A stretch of DNA of 64,000 bases from Pseudobdellovibrionaceae bacterium (GTDB taxonomy: Bacteria; Bdellovibrionota; Bdellovibrionia; Bdellovibrionales; UBA1609), in contig CP060220.1 in the NCBI GenBank assembly GCA_023898385.1, positions 76,993-140,992 on the forward strand, given 5' to 3'. Under the pieces are notes generated by a model. It saw only the letters and a program-made list of their open reading frames with translations, did not search any database and had not been told where the DNA came from. Shown here piece after piece: positions 27,145 to 36,994 of this stretch; position 1 is the first letter of the stretch; every line of letters begins with the position of its first letter. The position numbers and the translations under genes were made by a program.

Positions 27145-27606
27145 GTGGTAGACTCTGATCTAATGAACAATGACATAGCGATGGACGCAAATATTAATCC
27201 TGAGGCCGCTGGATTTTTGGGCATTGATGGAATGGACGATGATCTCCGTTACATTGATGAGATCGATAATATTTTAAATCTTGAAGAAAACGATTATCCC
27301 AATTTTACGTTGGCAAAAAACAAAGCTCGGTTTTTGCGAATGTTAGCATGGTATAAAAATAAAGAAACTTGGTTGGATGTGGCCCCACTCAGTGGTGTGA
27401 ACAAGTTGTTTAAGCAGCAATCAAAAGAACTAGAAGGCATTCGTAGCAACAAGCTCGATTATGAAATGGAGCTTGAGACGGGAACACTCACTCCCAGCCA
27501 GAGATCTTATCGTCGTGACGAACTGAAAATGTGTAAAGTTCACGAGAAAATGGCCGTGCATCTAATTGCTAAGATGCAGGTGAAGATTAAATCAGGTCGT
27601 CGATAG
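27145..27606 (+). CDS. Hypothetical protein
   Basis: GAGGAGGA precedes the GTG. The N-terminus is acidic. No family recognised. Confidence 0.5.
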   Translation: MVDSDLMNNDIAMDANINPEAAGFLGIDGMDDDLRYIDEIDNILNLEENDYPNFTLAKNKARFLRMLAWYKNKETWLDVAPLSGVNKLFKQQSKELEGIRSNKLDYEMELETGTLTPSQRSYRRDELKMCKVHEKMAVHLIAKMQVKIKSGRR

Positions 27607-27645
27607 CATTTAGACCACCAAAAATTTTTTAGATTCTTAGATAAA

Positions 27646-27672
27646 AGCCGGCAATAGTTGCCGGCTTTTTGC
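27646..27672 (+). terminator. Rho-independent terminator
   Basis: AGCCGGCAA-tag-TTGCCGGCT followed by TTTTTG. Confidence 0.8.
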
Positions 27673-27919
27673 TTTTTGGCCCAACAAGAGCCGCCTCCGG
27701 CTAAGCCTCTGTAATCTGTATCTTTTTGAGAAAACTAGCGGCTAAAGCCCTGGATTTAAAGGAAGTGTTGCCAAATCCCATTTTGGTACTGATTTCGAGT
27801 ACTTATCTAAAAATGAGAAAAATAGGCAATTTTTTCCTAATCTTTTCGGCTAGACCTGCCGATAGGTTTATTGAAATGAGCCAATGACAAGTTTTTTGAA
27901 ACCTTATGGAGGTATTAAA

Positions 27920-28333
27920 ATGGGACGTACAATGTTTATAGTCGTTAGTGATGACAACAAGGTCATTAGTGAAGCTAAAGAGCTAGGCGCTCGCTCAGAA
28001 TCTTCAGTGGAAGTTTATTCACCTGAAGAATGGGACCGTCTTCTTGATAGCCGACCCTTTGTTTCGCAACTTAAGGTTATGGACAGCAAAGAAAGCAGCG
28101 GCGCTAAAATTTTACCATTTCCTGGTGCTCGCACGCGGAATTACGATAACAAAAAGCGCGTTCACACCATGAACGAGCTTGAGAGCATTGCTATTGAGAA
28201 TGCCATTAAAGAATACAACGGCAATCTCACTGAAGCGGCAAAAGCCCTTAGTATCGGGCGTGCTACACTTTATAGAAAAGTAAAACAATACGGCATCGAC
28301 ACAAGTCGTGGTCGCAGAAAGAAAGCCGCGTAA
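27920..28333 (+). CDS. Small DNA-binding protein with C-terminal Fis-type HTH
   Basis: ELESIAIENAIKEYNGNLTEAAKALSIGRATLYRKVKQYGI. GGAGG precedes ATG 27920. Confidence 0.75.
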   Translation: MGRTMFIVVSDDNKVISEAKELGARSESSVEVYSPEEWDRLLDSRPFVSQLKVMDSKESSGAKILPFPGARTRNYDNKKRVHTMNELESIAIENAIKEYNGNLTEAAKALSIGRATLYRKVKQYGIDTSRGRRKKAA

Positions 28334-28367
28334 TACGCTGAGCTCTATACAATAAAAAATATCACAA

Positions 28368-28398
28368 GGCCGAGCTTGCCATGGCTCGGCTTTTTTTT
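28368..28398 (+). terminator. Rho-independent terminator
   Basis: GCCGAGC-ttgccatg-GCTCGGC followed by T8. Confidence 0.8.
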
Positions 28399-28412
28399 GA
28401 AGATAAACCGCT

Positions 28413-29648
28413 ATGAGTCGACGACCCTGGATATTGGCAACAGTATTATTTCTAAGTTCTCTTATCGTAGCCAGTCGCTGCGTGAGTGTGTCTAGCCGTG
28501 TACACGCTTTTCAATCGATCTGTGATTTAGTCGAGTCACGCTACATGGATGCATCTGAAAAGCTACAGGAATGGGCCAAGTCCTGTAGGAGTAAGGCGCG
28601 ACAGAGTTTCTTCTTTGAATCAAAAAACAAATACATTGAGCGAATCCACAGCCAACTGACTTTGATGGAAATATCACATCTGGACATTTACTCACCTTCG
28701 GAAGATCGAAGGATGTGGCAAGGTCAGGACGTGGACACCGGGTTGAGGGTGGTAGGTATTAATGGTCAGTTTATAGTTTCAAAGGTTATCGCTGAAAGTG
28801 CAGGAGAGCAGGCAGGATTGCGGCTCGGAGATATTGTCGTATCCATTAATGGAAAGTGGGTAGAAAATGAATGGCAAGTGCAATCGCAAAAAGGGGTCTT
28901 CCAAATAACAAGAGGTGATCAAGAATTGCTTATTGAAATTATGCCGTTCACCCTAAAGATCGATCATCGGCCAGAGCTTAAAACCATAGCGGACAGAGTC
29001 GGGCGTTTGACTATTGATAGTTTTCGTTCAGAGTATTTCAGAAAATCATCTTGGCAGGAGATCGTCGCTCAGATGCGAGACTATCGACATATCGTCGTGG
29101 ACCTGCGGGGCAACAGCGGCGGCAACTTTGTGGCCATGTTAAGGGCACTATCTCCGTTTTTTTGCACTCCGACAAGCGTGGGCGCTATTGAGCAGCCGCG
29201 AAAAAGTCAAACGGGTCTGCCGCAATTGTCCGATGACTTAGACGATATACAGCAACTAGAGCAGTTGCAATCCGCCCAAAAAATAGAGATGAAAACATTT
29301 TCAGAATACGGTTGCTATCAAGGCAAAACAACAGTTCTGATCGATGCAGATTCAGCTTCGGTTACGGAGGTGTTCGCAGAGGCCATTCGGCAAAGCGGTC
29401 GAGGCCGCGTATTGGGTCAATCCACTGCCGGAGATGTTGTGCTTGCCGTTTGGTATGATTTGCCTCTGCTTGGAAGGGGCTATCGATTATCGATTCCCGA
29501 GGCCCGCATCACCAATATTCATGGAGATGCTCTGGAGGGGACTGGCGTTTGGCCCGAGGAGTGGCTCACTTATGATTTCAATGAAGCCTTGCAAGGCCAA
29601 GACAGTTGGATACTTCGAGCTATTGGCAAACATAGAGGCGTTCACTGA
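28413..29648 (+). CDS. S41-family (tail-specific/C-terminal processing) peptidase-like protein with PDZ domain
   Basis: PDZ segment AGEQAGLRLGDIVVSINGK. VVDLRGNSGGN and DADSASVTEVFAEAI match S41 blocks. Confidence 0.75.
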   Translation: MSRRPWILATVLFLSSLIVASRCVSVSSRVHAFQSICDLVESRYMDASEKLQEWAKSCRSKARQSFFFESKNKYIERIHSQLTLMEISHLDIYSPSEDRRMWQGQDVDTGLRVVGINGQFIVSKVIAESAGEQAGLRLGDIVVSINGKWVENEWQVQSQKGVFQITRGDQELLIEIMPFTLKIDHRPELKTIADRVGRLTIDSFRSEYFRKSSWQEIVAQMRDYRHIVVDLRGNSGGNFVAMLRALSPFFCTPTSVGAIEQPRKSQTGLPQLSDDLDDIQQLEQLQSAQKIEMKTFSEYGCYQGKTTVLIDADSASVTEVFAEAIRQSGRGRVLGQSTAGDVVLAVWYDLPLLGRGYRLSIPEARITNIHGDALEGTGVWPEEWLTYDFNEALQGQDSWILRAIGKHRGVH

Positions 29649-30624
29649 ATTTTCGCGCCCACGTTCCATTGCCATCAGCTTCGAGTTGGCCATAGGCTTG
29701 TCTAAAAAGCTTGCTCGCTTCTTTGTTGCCGCGACAGGCGGTCTCAAATTGTTTAAGTGCCACATCGAACTGCCCTAAGGCAAAAGTGGTTTGGGCGAGA
29801 CTTAAATGACTGCGCGCCGATTCGGTATTGATAGAGATGGCTTTTTTTAAATATCTCGCCGCTGTTCTGTAGGATTTTTGTTTAAAAAAGAAATCCCCAG
29901 CAGCCCAGAGCACAGGCTCTGATCTGGAAAATCTCTTAACTGCATCTGAGTAGGTTTTACGAGCGGCATCGATGTCCTGAAGATCCGTTTGCACGCGTCC
30001 CAAATCTATATAATTTTGTTCGGTGTCGGGCGCCATCTTCACAGCTTTTTTGCAGTTTTCTTCGGCTTGGTTTAAAAATGCGTCTAAGGTGAAGAGATGG
30101 CAGAGATGACTGTAATAAAGCGGTTTTTCCCCGAGGTTATTGATCATGTCATTAACAATATTGCGGCTTTCATAGTTGTTTTTTTGTTCTAGAAAAATAT
30201 CTAAAATCGCTTGATAGCTGGGCTCGTGTTTGGGCTGCATTTTTAAAACTTTTCGAAATCGAATGATCGCCTGTTCCATTTGTCCATCTGACTTCAGAGC
30301 GCGTCCCTCCAAAAAGTAGGTCACATAATTGGTAGGGTTTTCAGCAATAGCAATGTCGAGCGTGCGAATTTCATTCTTGAAGTCGCCTTTGTTTCTGTAG
30401 GCGGTGGCTAAGTCCATGAGCCCGTTGTAGGTCAAAACATCTGTATAGCTAGAAAGCGTTTCAATCACCTTATCCCATTGTTCTTTTTGGGCATAGACCT
30501 TGGCCTTGCGTTCCCTGGCTACGGCGTTCGGTGCCAGGCCCTTTGACTGGGCATAAGCAGAAAGAGAAATCGACAAAAGGACTGTGATGATCGCTAAGGT
30601 GTGTCTCAAATTAAAATGTCTCAT
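29620..30624 (-). CDS. Secreted TPR-repeat protein
   Basis: A signal peptide, then repeated ~34-aa A/Y/L-patterned helices. Confidence 0.7.
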   Translation of the reverse strand: MRHFNLRHTLAIITVLLSISLSAYAQSKGLAPNAVARERKAKVYAQKEQWDKVIETLSSYTDVLTYNGLMDLATAYRNKGDFKNEIRTLDIAIAENPTNYVTYFLEGRALKSDGQMEQAIIRFRKVLKMQPKHEPSYQAILDIFLEQKNNYESRNIVNDMINNLGEKPLYYSHLCHLFTLDAFLNQAEENCKKAVKMAPDTEQNYIDLGRVQTDLQDIDAARKTYSDAVKRFSRSEPVLWAAGDFFFKQKSYRTAARYLKKAISINTESARSHLSLAQTTFALGQFDVALKQFETACRGNKEASKLFRQAYGQLEADGNGTWARKFSERLYVCQ

Positions 30625-30869
30625 TTAAATATTGTAAGTGGCTTTGGCCTAAGTCGCAATCCCCGTCCAGACCTAAAGTTGCCAGAATGTTGTGCCGACA
30701 GGTTTCTAAGAAATCATAAATGCCCACTTGTTAGTCGGTTGTCTCATTTTGAGACGGAGACAATTTGCGGGAGTTGAGTGAACAAAGCGTAGACAAAAAG
30801 AACGCCGAGTTTTGCATTTGAGTCGGCACACGGTTCGCAATTGATAGGGGTATCGAGGGAGAAAGAGCC

Positions 30870-31559
30870 ATGACAGATAAAGACCATGATAACAATGTTA
30901 TTTTGTTTCCGGGACGAAAGTTAAAAGAAGTCGAAGCCCCAACAAATTTGCCAAAAGGCAATGTAATAAATCCGCCGGTTGAACACCGCTCAAAAAAGGT
31001 GATTTGGGGTGGCTCATTACTGTCAGTGCTTTTTGTGGCGACCATTATGAATAGCAGCCTGATTCAAACGGCGTTTGTTGATGATTCACGTCAAATTCAA
31101 AGCACTTCACTTAGCTCCAGTCTTCCCGAGAGAAACTTAGAATTTGAAAAACAAATGGCCAAAGAATTAGCTGCGACTCCACAACGTGGAATTGCCAGTA
31201 TTGGTCATCGCCCATCACCAGAAGATCATCTTCGGTTTGGCCTACTTGAAGGAAAGTACGCTGTCCAATTTGCTGATGGTAAAATCAATGGTTTGGCTTT
31301 TTCAAACGATCAGACTCGTGCGGATAGTCCCAAGTATGTAAACGACCGAGTGGCCTTTTTAAAAGCCTACCGCGACCTATTGCCAGACCAATTTACGGAA
31401 GTGCATCCAGTAAGTACTGAAAATGTTGATGGATCAGTAGTAGAAACCTATGACCTGGTTTCAAGCACCCATCAACCCGTGGCCGAGGTTCGGTTTACGT
31501 TAGATCGCCACGGAAGACTGCTTGCGATGAAAGTCCAGACATCAGAAGATTCTGAGTAA
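30870..31559 (+). CDS. Single-pass membrane hypothetical protein
   Basis: One TM segment (WGGSLLSVLFVATIMNSSL). No family recognised. Confidence 0.55.
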   Translation: MTDKDHDNNVILFPGRKLKEVEAPTNLPKGNVINPPVEHRSKKVIWGGSLLSVLFVATIMNSSLIQTAFVDDSRQIQSTSLSSSLPERNLEFEKQMAKELAATPQRGIASIGHRPSPEDHLRFGLLEGKYAVQFADGKINGLAFSNDQTRADSPKYVNDRVAFLKAYRDLLPDQFTEVHPVSTENVDGSVVETYDLVSSTHQPVAEVRFTLDRHGRLLAMKVQTSEDSE

Positions 31560-31621
31560 TTTCAATTAAAATAAATGGCCATAAAAGTTAGGTTTTTCGG
31601 CATTGGTGCCGATAAGCCCGT

Positions 31622-33595
31622 ATGGTCATTAAAGATCCTTTTTCACAGGACAATCATAAAACTGCCGCTGTTCAAACAAAACACGAACAGGCCGCTGTAG
31701 ACTCTTCGCAAAGCCCCTACCAGTTGGCCAATCCCTTGGATCGGGCGGCCGCGGCTGTTTTAGATATTTTTGTTGTTTTATCACCTTTTATTTTAGTGGT
31801 CATCGCCCCCTTTCGAAAGGAACTCACTCGACAGAGTTTAATTGGAGATAACTTTGCCACGATAATGGCTGCCGTAGCTATGTTGGTGTTGGTGTTTGTT
31901 GTTGTGTTGCTTTATCAGACGGTGATGACATGGTTATTTGGTGGCACTTTAGGGAAAATTTTATTCGGTCTGCGTGTGAGAAAAATTTGGTCTGCAGAGC
32001 ATCCGACACTTTTGGATTCATTTTTGCGATCTATCATTTGGCAGCTTGAGGTTCTGGCCGTTGGCGTGCCCTTCTTGGCCGCATTAATTAACGAAAAACG
32101 GCGAGTGTTGCATGACCGCGTGTGTGACACAATTGTGGTGACAACTAAGCGGGGCCAACATGTGGGCGCGCCGAATTTTGTTGAAGTGTCGTTTGCAAAG
32201 GGCTTATTGGCTTTGGCCGCCGGAACTTTTTCAGTGCTTTTTGTTGTCTATGTGATGCAGGTCTACAAAGAAGTCGAGTCGCAAAGCCGGTTGGCTCACT
32301 TGCTAGAAAACGAGGGGACTCTTTGCCCTTCTGTGGGCCAAGCGTTTTCAGATTGGCAATCTCACGATGACAACGAAGCAGGTCGCCTTGAAGTAGCGAT
32401 GGCCTTATTTGCAGCCGGCGAGATTGATGAGAGTTGTTTGGATCAAGAGGCACAGTGGATTTTTAACTCGGGATACGAAACACCCCTGGCCTACTTGGCT
32501 AAATCTTTTGTTCACTCCGGCGAACGAGAACTTTCAGATTCTTATTTGAAAAAAGTGTGTGAATTGGATGAAAAGTCAGTTCACTGTGTCATGAGTCACA
32601 TGATTTCTCAATGGGCTGCTGCGGGTGATTTTGACCTGTCGACCGATCTAGAAGATCGGGTGGGTACAGGTTCTGAATATTTAGGTGTTTGGGCCACGCG
32701 CCAAATGATTCGGTTTGGTCGGTATGACGAAGCGGTGAAGATTCTTGATAAATTGGGTCAACAATCATCGCTTTCCAATTTTCTGAGCAGTCATCGAGTG
32801 ATGGCCTATTGGGGGCAAAAGCGAACCCTTGAAGCCAAGGCTGCAGCAGAGGCCCTACTTCAAGGAGAGTCTAATCCCCATGTGAGTCAAATGGCCAGTT
32901 GGTTGTGTTTGCAAAGCTTGGGGTCTTCTTGTGACGGGGAGTTTCCGTTAGCTTGTTCAAACATGGAGGCCTCTGGGCAGAGTCGTGGGTATGATTCTTC
33001 AGATGTGGTCGCCAATCTGGCCCATCTCAAGGTTCTTGAGTGCCATGACCAAAAAGATGTGGACTATCAAGGGTTAGCTTTAAGCATTCCCAATGTCGAG
33101 GTAAGAAGGCTTGCGTTTGCCGAATCTCTCAAAGCGATTGATAAGAAACTGGCCACTTCAGAGTTGCAAGATCTTATTGTCAACGATCGCACCGATGTGG
33201 CCGTAAAGGCAGAGGCTGTGATTAGGCTTTTGCCCTTGGCTACAGATCGGGAATCTTTAGAAAAGCTATCTCGGCAGTGGACTCATTTAGAGCCAGGGGT
33301 CGAGTGGGAATGGTCAGGGCTTCGACTTTTTGAAGACTTGCGGAAAAAACAATTAATTGACCCTATAATTCTGGTAGGGGAACGCCTCTTCTCAATGGGC
33401 GCTCTGTCTGAAGATCAGTCTCAATGGCTGGCCGTGGCCGCTCATAGCGCGGGCCACGTGAAATTGGCCACTCAACTTGTCGAGCATTTAGAAAACGAAG
33501 TCCGAGGCGAGAAGGTGAGCCGGTCACTGGCCAGTGTGAAGGCTTATGAGCAGGTCAAAAGGCAAGTTCTCAGAAGTAAAGGTATGGGCCAATGA
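31622..33595 (+). CDS. RDD-family membrane domain fused to a large helical-repeat domain
   Basis: N-terminal AAAVLDIFVV...LHDRVCDTIVV is the RDD pattern. About 450 aa of alpha-helical repeats follow. Confidence 0.65.
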   Translation: MVIKDPFSQDNHKTAAVQTKHEQAAVDSSQSPYQLANPLDRAAAAVLDIFVVLSPFILVVIAPFRKELTRQSLIGDNFATIMAAVAMLVLVFVVVLLYQTVMTWLFGGTLGKILFGLRVRKIWSAEHPTLLDSFLRSIIWQLEVLAVGVPFLAALINEKRRVLHDRVCDTIVVTTKRGQHVGAPNFVEVSFAKGLLALAAGTFSVLFVVYVMQVYKEVESQSRLAHLLENEGTLCPSVGQAFSDWQSHDDNEAGRLEVAMALFAAGEIDESCLDQEAQWIFNSGYETPLAYLAKSFVHSGERELSDSYLKKVCELDEKSVHCVMSHMISQWAAAGDFDLSTDLEDRVGTGSEYLGVWATRQMIRFGRYDEAVKILDKLGQQSSLSNFLSSHRVMAYWGQKRTLEAKAAAEALLQGESNPHVSQMASWLCLQSLGSSCDGEFPLACSNMEASGQSRGYDSSDVVANLAHLKVLECHDQKDVDYQGLALSIPNVEVRRLAFAESLKAIDKKLATSELQDLIVNDRTDVAVKAEAVIRLLPLATDRESLEKLSRQWTHLEPGVEWEWSGLRLFEDLRKKQLIDPIILVGERLFSMGALSEDQSQWLAVAAHSAGHVKLATQLVEHLENEVRGEKVSRSLASVKAYEQVKRQVLRSKGMGQ

Positions 33596-34584
33596 TTTTT
33601 CCATTTCTTCGGGGTCTACTGCCGTGTCGAAGTTGCTGGGTCACCTGGGTTCTTGTATTTATGAATCTCCTTGTGTTTTTACATTTTCAAGGCGACGACG
33701 ATGTAAGAGAGGTGCTGTCGAAATCTCTGAGGGACGACACATTCATCATCGCTCAAGGCCAATTTTTTGCTCAATACATTGGTGATCACAACATTAGGTA
33801 CTCTCCTACAATGTTGGAGATGGCCAGGCGAGGCTTGGCGGGGGACGAAAGCACGCTGATGGTATTAGGGGGCCTGGCCTTGCGGCACACCGAATTTGTT
33901 AATGAGGTGGCAAGCTATCCGTTTAAAGGAGATCAGGTGAAGGTCACTTGGTGGCGCGCAAAACTGGCGCAGCTTTTAGACGCCCAAGAGCGGATGCCCA
34001 GTTACAACTTTGGTCTTCGATCAGGCCAGCTCGACGGGCTTCGCTGGATTAGCTATCAATTCATTCACGGCAGTTTTGTGCATTTGGCTGTGAACATGAT
34101 TTTCTTAATGATTTTTGGCGCTATGCTTGAGCCCATCATTGGTGCACTTGGACTACTTGTATTGTATTTGGGGGCGGGCACGTTAGCTGCAGGCGTCTTT
34201 ATTTTATTGTCGGGGGCATCGTCGATTCCCCTAATCGGTGCCAGCGGTTCTGTGAGTGGATTAATGTCACTATTTTGTTTTATGTTTTGGAATCGACCGG
34301 TTCGCTATGTTTACATGCTATTTGTGCCAGTAAAAGGCTATGTGGGATTTATTTATTTGCCTGCGTGGATCACACTAGTGACCTGGTTTTTATCTGATTT
34401 GGCAGGTTACTTAGGGACGCTGGACGAGATGGGCGGCATTGCCTATACAGCCCACTTAGGGGGGCAAGCCGCTGGGGTGGTCGTTGGGGCTACTGTGTTT
34501 GTGGTGCGGTATTTTAAAAATGAAAAACTGCTGCCGCTCGATAAAATACCGCCCACTAAGCCCATTGGTACACGGGTGATTTAA
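33592..34584 (+). CDS. Rhomboid-family intramembrane serine protease
   Basis: ATGA overlap with the upstream gene. GASGSVSGL (catalytic Ser) and AHLGGQAAG (catalytic His). Confidence 0.85.
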   Translation: MIFPFLRGLLPCRSCWVTWVLVFMNLLVFLHFQGDDDVREVLSKSLRDDTFIIAQGQFFAQYIGDHNIRYSPTMLEMARRGLAGDESTLMVLGGLALRHTEFVNEVASYPFKGDQVKVTWWRAKLAQLLDAQERMPSYNFGLRSGQLDGLRWISYQFIHGSFVHLAVNMIFLMIFGAMLEPIIGALGLLVLYLGAGTLAAGVFILLSGASSIPLIGASGSVSGLMSLFCFMFWNRPVRYVYMLFVPVKGYVGFIYLPAWITLVTWFLSDLAGYLGTLDEMGGIAYTAHLGGQAAGVVVGATVFVVRYFKNEKLLPLDKIPPTKPIGTRVI

Positions 34585-34599
34585 CCGGACAATTCTATT

Positions 34600-35778
34600 T
34601 TAGTCAATTCTCTGACCATAGTAATAGCAAGGTGAATTTCGGCAAACATTTCTGCAGGCGTGCCAGTTGGGTTGTTGCCACTCTTCAGGGTCGTTCCAAT
34701 TGTAGCTACGCCAGGCCGCTTCGCAGTAATCCACCACGTTTGGCGAGCGGCCGCCCATGCAGCAATTAGTTCGTTCCCCTTGCGAGGTGTTCTTGCCGTA
34801 AATGCCGCCATCGCCAGTGTGATCGGGTTTCCATTGGGCTGTACAAACAACATTGTTGCCCACCAATCCCTCGACGTCACCAGATGCAGACTCGCGCATA
34901 CCTACGCCGTCTTTAAAGGGGTGGCATCGATCGGACTTTGAAAATGGTAGTACATTAGAGCCAGTGGCGCAGACCACCTGCTTGGTCAATTTATTCTTTC
35001 CTTCGATGTAGAAGTAAAATTGTTGTGGACCCGATTCGCCATCCACCCATCTCTGAGCGTAGAACTCTTGAGTTTTATCGGCGCTCTCACAGTTAGCGAG
35101 GTAGCGTTCACTCTTGCCTTGCTGAGCGGCTGTGGGTGATAGGCCAGTCCCCGAGCCTGCGCCGGGTGCCGGTTGGGGCGCTTCTGCGGCCGGTGGCACA
35201 CAACTGTCATTGGCTCCGTTGTAGTCAGCTCCTAGGGCTTTGCAAATGTCCTCTTGAGCATGGTTTCCCGCACATGCCGTGATTTCATCTGATGAATCAT
35301 TGCTCACCACATAGGTCGAAAACTGCAGGGATCGGGTGCTGAGGTTTTCGTTTCCAGTTAATTTTGGCGAATAATCGATGCGAACTCGGTAGGCTGTATG
35401 ACCATCATATGAATTCACGTTCGCGGCATCGACAATAGATAAATGGCCAATTTTCACTCCATCAAGAGATGCACCGGCCTTGGCCACTTGCCTTTCAGAA
35501 TTTTGTAAAGTCAGTTCAATGGGTAGCCCCTCTTCAGGGATCTCAGAAAGATCCAAAGTTTGACCGATCAACCCCGACGAACACAGGGACGGGCTAGAGA
35601 GGACCTGTTCTATTCTCGATGACAAATTGGTCGAACTGATTTTTTGACTGACTATATAACTTTGTTTTTGATACATACTGATCATGGCGGAGGCGGAACC
35701 TACCAAAATTGACAGGAGCGCGACTCCCACGATCACTTCCATAAGACTGTATCCCAATTGGGTAGGTTTAAATTTCAC
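34600..35778 (-). CDS. Pilin-like protein P3: prepilin N-terminus plus Cys-rich C-terminal module
   Basis: MKFKPTQLG/YSLMEVIVGVALLSIL is a class III signal with Glu+5. A Pro/Ala/Gly linker follows. 14 Cys by my count. Confidence 0.75.
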   Translation of the reverse strand: MKFKPTQLGYSLMEVIVGVALLSILVGSASAMISMYQKQSYIVSQKISSTNLSSRIEQVLSSPSLCSSGLIGQTLDLSEIPEEGLPIELTLQNSERQVAKAGASLDGVKIGHLSIVDAANVNSYDGHTAYRVRIDYSPKLTGNENLSTRSLQFSTYVVSNDSSDEITACAGNHAQEDICKALGADYNGANDSCVPPAAEAPQPAPGAGSGTGLSPTAAQQGKSERYLANCESADKTQEFYAQRWVDGESGPQQFYFYIEGKNKLTKQVVCATGSNVLPFSKSDRCHPFKDGVGMRESASGDVEGLVGNNVVCTAQWKPDHTGDGGIYGKNTSQGERTNCCMGGRSPNVVDYCEAAWRSYNWNDPEEWQQPNWHACRNVCRNSPCYYYGQRID

Positions 35779-36994
35779 GGACTAATACTCCTGAAGCAAA
35801 GCATTTAAAGCTGGTAAGTGAGTGCGCTGCCGCATAGTCGTTGCAGTTTGCAATACAATTATTATGATCGTCTTCAACTGTTCCTCCAGTATAAAGATCC
35901 CACTGGGAGGAGGTTCCATTGCCAAAAATTTCACAGGATTCGCCTTCGATCAAATTTCTACTCATCCATTGTATGGGCCCATCTCTATAGTTGCGATCAA
36001 TAATACTATGGCGGGAGAGTTCGCGGATCTCATTTTCACCAATAAATCGGTCCGATTGATATTTTCCTGTGCAGTTCATTATAAGTGAATTCACGTGTAC
36101 TTCGCCTTTTATCCCATCGCCTTGGGGGAGGATATAGGCATTGGCTGCATCGTGGGTGTAGCAGGCCGGCTGAGCCGCCCCAGGGGATGTAATCCAGCCA
36201 GATTCACAGGCCGATCCGCCAACAAAACCAGAGGCATAGTACCGGACAAGTCCACCGCCAGGAGTCTTTTCAGCAATGAAATCCATGCTGACATTTGCCA
36301 TGTAGTTTCTGAGTTGGCAATAAGCATACACTTTGCCAGGATCTAGGCCTTGCGGCGGCGTCGCCGGAGGCAGAGGCGTGGGTTCACTGGTGGCATCTAC
36401 ACACGCCGTCGCTGCCGAAGGATCAAAGTCTTTGTTAATGGCTGCGCAATACGAGACGGCAGAAGAGTAACTGAGACACTTGGTCATCTTATTTGTCATT
36501 TTGTCTATTTCAACGATCTGTTCGATTTCAAGGGGCCTCAATGAGATAGCTCGGCCAACTTGATTTCTTACGGGTAAAAATATCGAAATTTCGCGAATCT
36601 CTTTTGCTGGGTCTTCAAATAACAACTTTCCTCTTTTTAGTGAGGCGGCTCCCAGGGAAAGACGGCCAAAGGAATCGCCTTCCTGAATCATATCGGGGCT
36701 CAACGGATTTGGTAGTTCAACGACAGCGCTGTCAGCATCGGTGGCTGGCACGATAATGTCTCGTACAGAGCCATTGCATCGAGCAACATCGGTGAGCGCA
36801 AAACTCAGCTGATGTTGAAGATTGCTTCGCTCTAACTTCAAGTCGGCAACAAAGGCCGAATGAGTCAAGTAGTTGACGTGCGCAGAAAGCCCCACCATAG
36901 TAAGTGACAATAAAAACATGACAAACAAAACAACTGTCAATACGCTGCCACGAGATTTCTTAGTCTGATCGATGAGGTCGTAGGAATTTATCAT
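35768..36994 (-). CDS. Pilin-like protein P2: PilX-like N-terminus plus Cys-rich C-terminal module
   Basis: ATG 36994 forms an ATGA overlap with the P1 stop. SRGSVLTVVLFVMFLLSLTMVGL has no Glu+5. The linker is Pro-rich. 12 Cys by my count. Confidence 0.7.
   Translation of the reverse strand: MINSYDLIDQTKKSRGSVLTVVLFVMFLLSLTMVGLSAHVNYLTHSAFVADLKLERSNLQHQLSFALTDVARCNGSVRDIIVPATDADSAVVELPNPLSPDMIQEGDSFGRLSLGAASLKRGKLLFEDPAKEIREISIFLPVRNQVGRAISLRPLEIEQIVEIDKMTNKMTKCLSYSSAVSYCAAINKDFDPSAATACVDATSEPTPLPPATPPQGLDPGKVYAYCQLRNYMANVSMDFIAEKTPGGGLVRYYASGFVGGSACESGWITSPGAAQPACYTHDAANAYILPQGDGIKGEVHVNSLIMNCTGKYQSDRFIGENEIRELSRHSIIDRNYRDGPIQWMSRNLIEGESCEIFGNGTSSQWDLYTGGTVEDDHNNCIANCNDYAAAHSLTSFKCFASGVLVREI

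Noticed and set aside
29620-29648. Convergent 3' overlaps or abutments (29620-29648, 49847/49848 and 51705-51708)
   Set aside because: These are ordinary features of compact bacterial genomes. No extra signal was seen.
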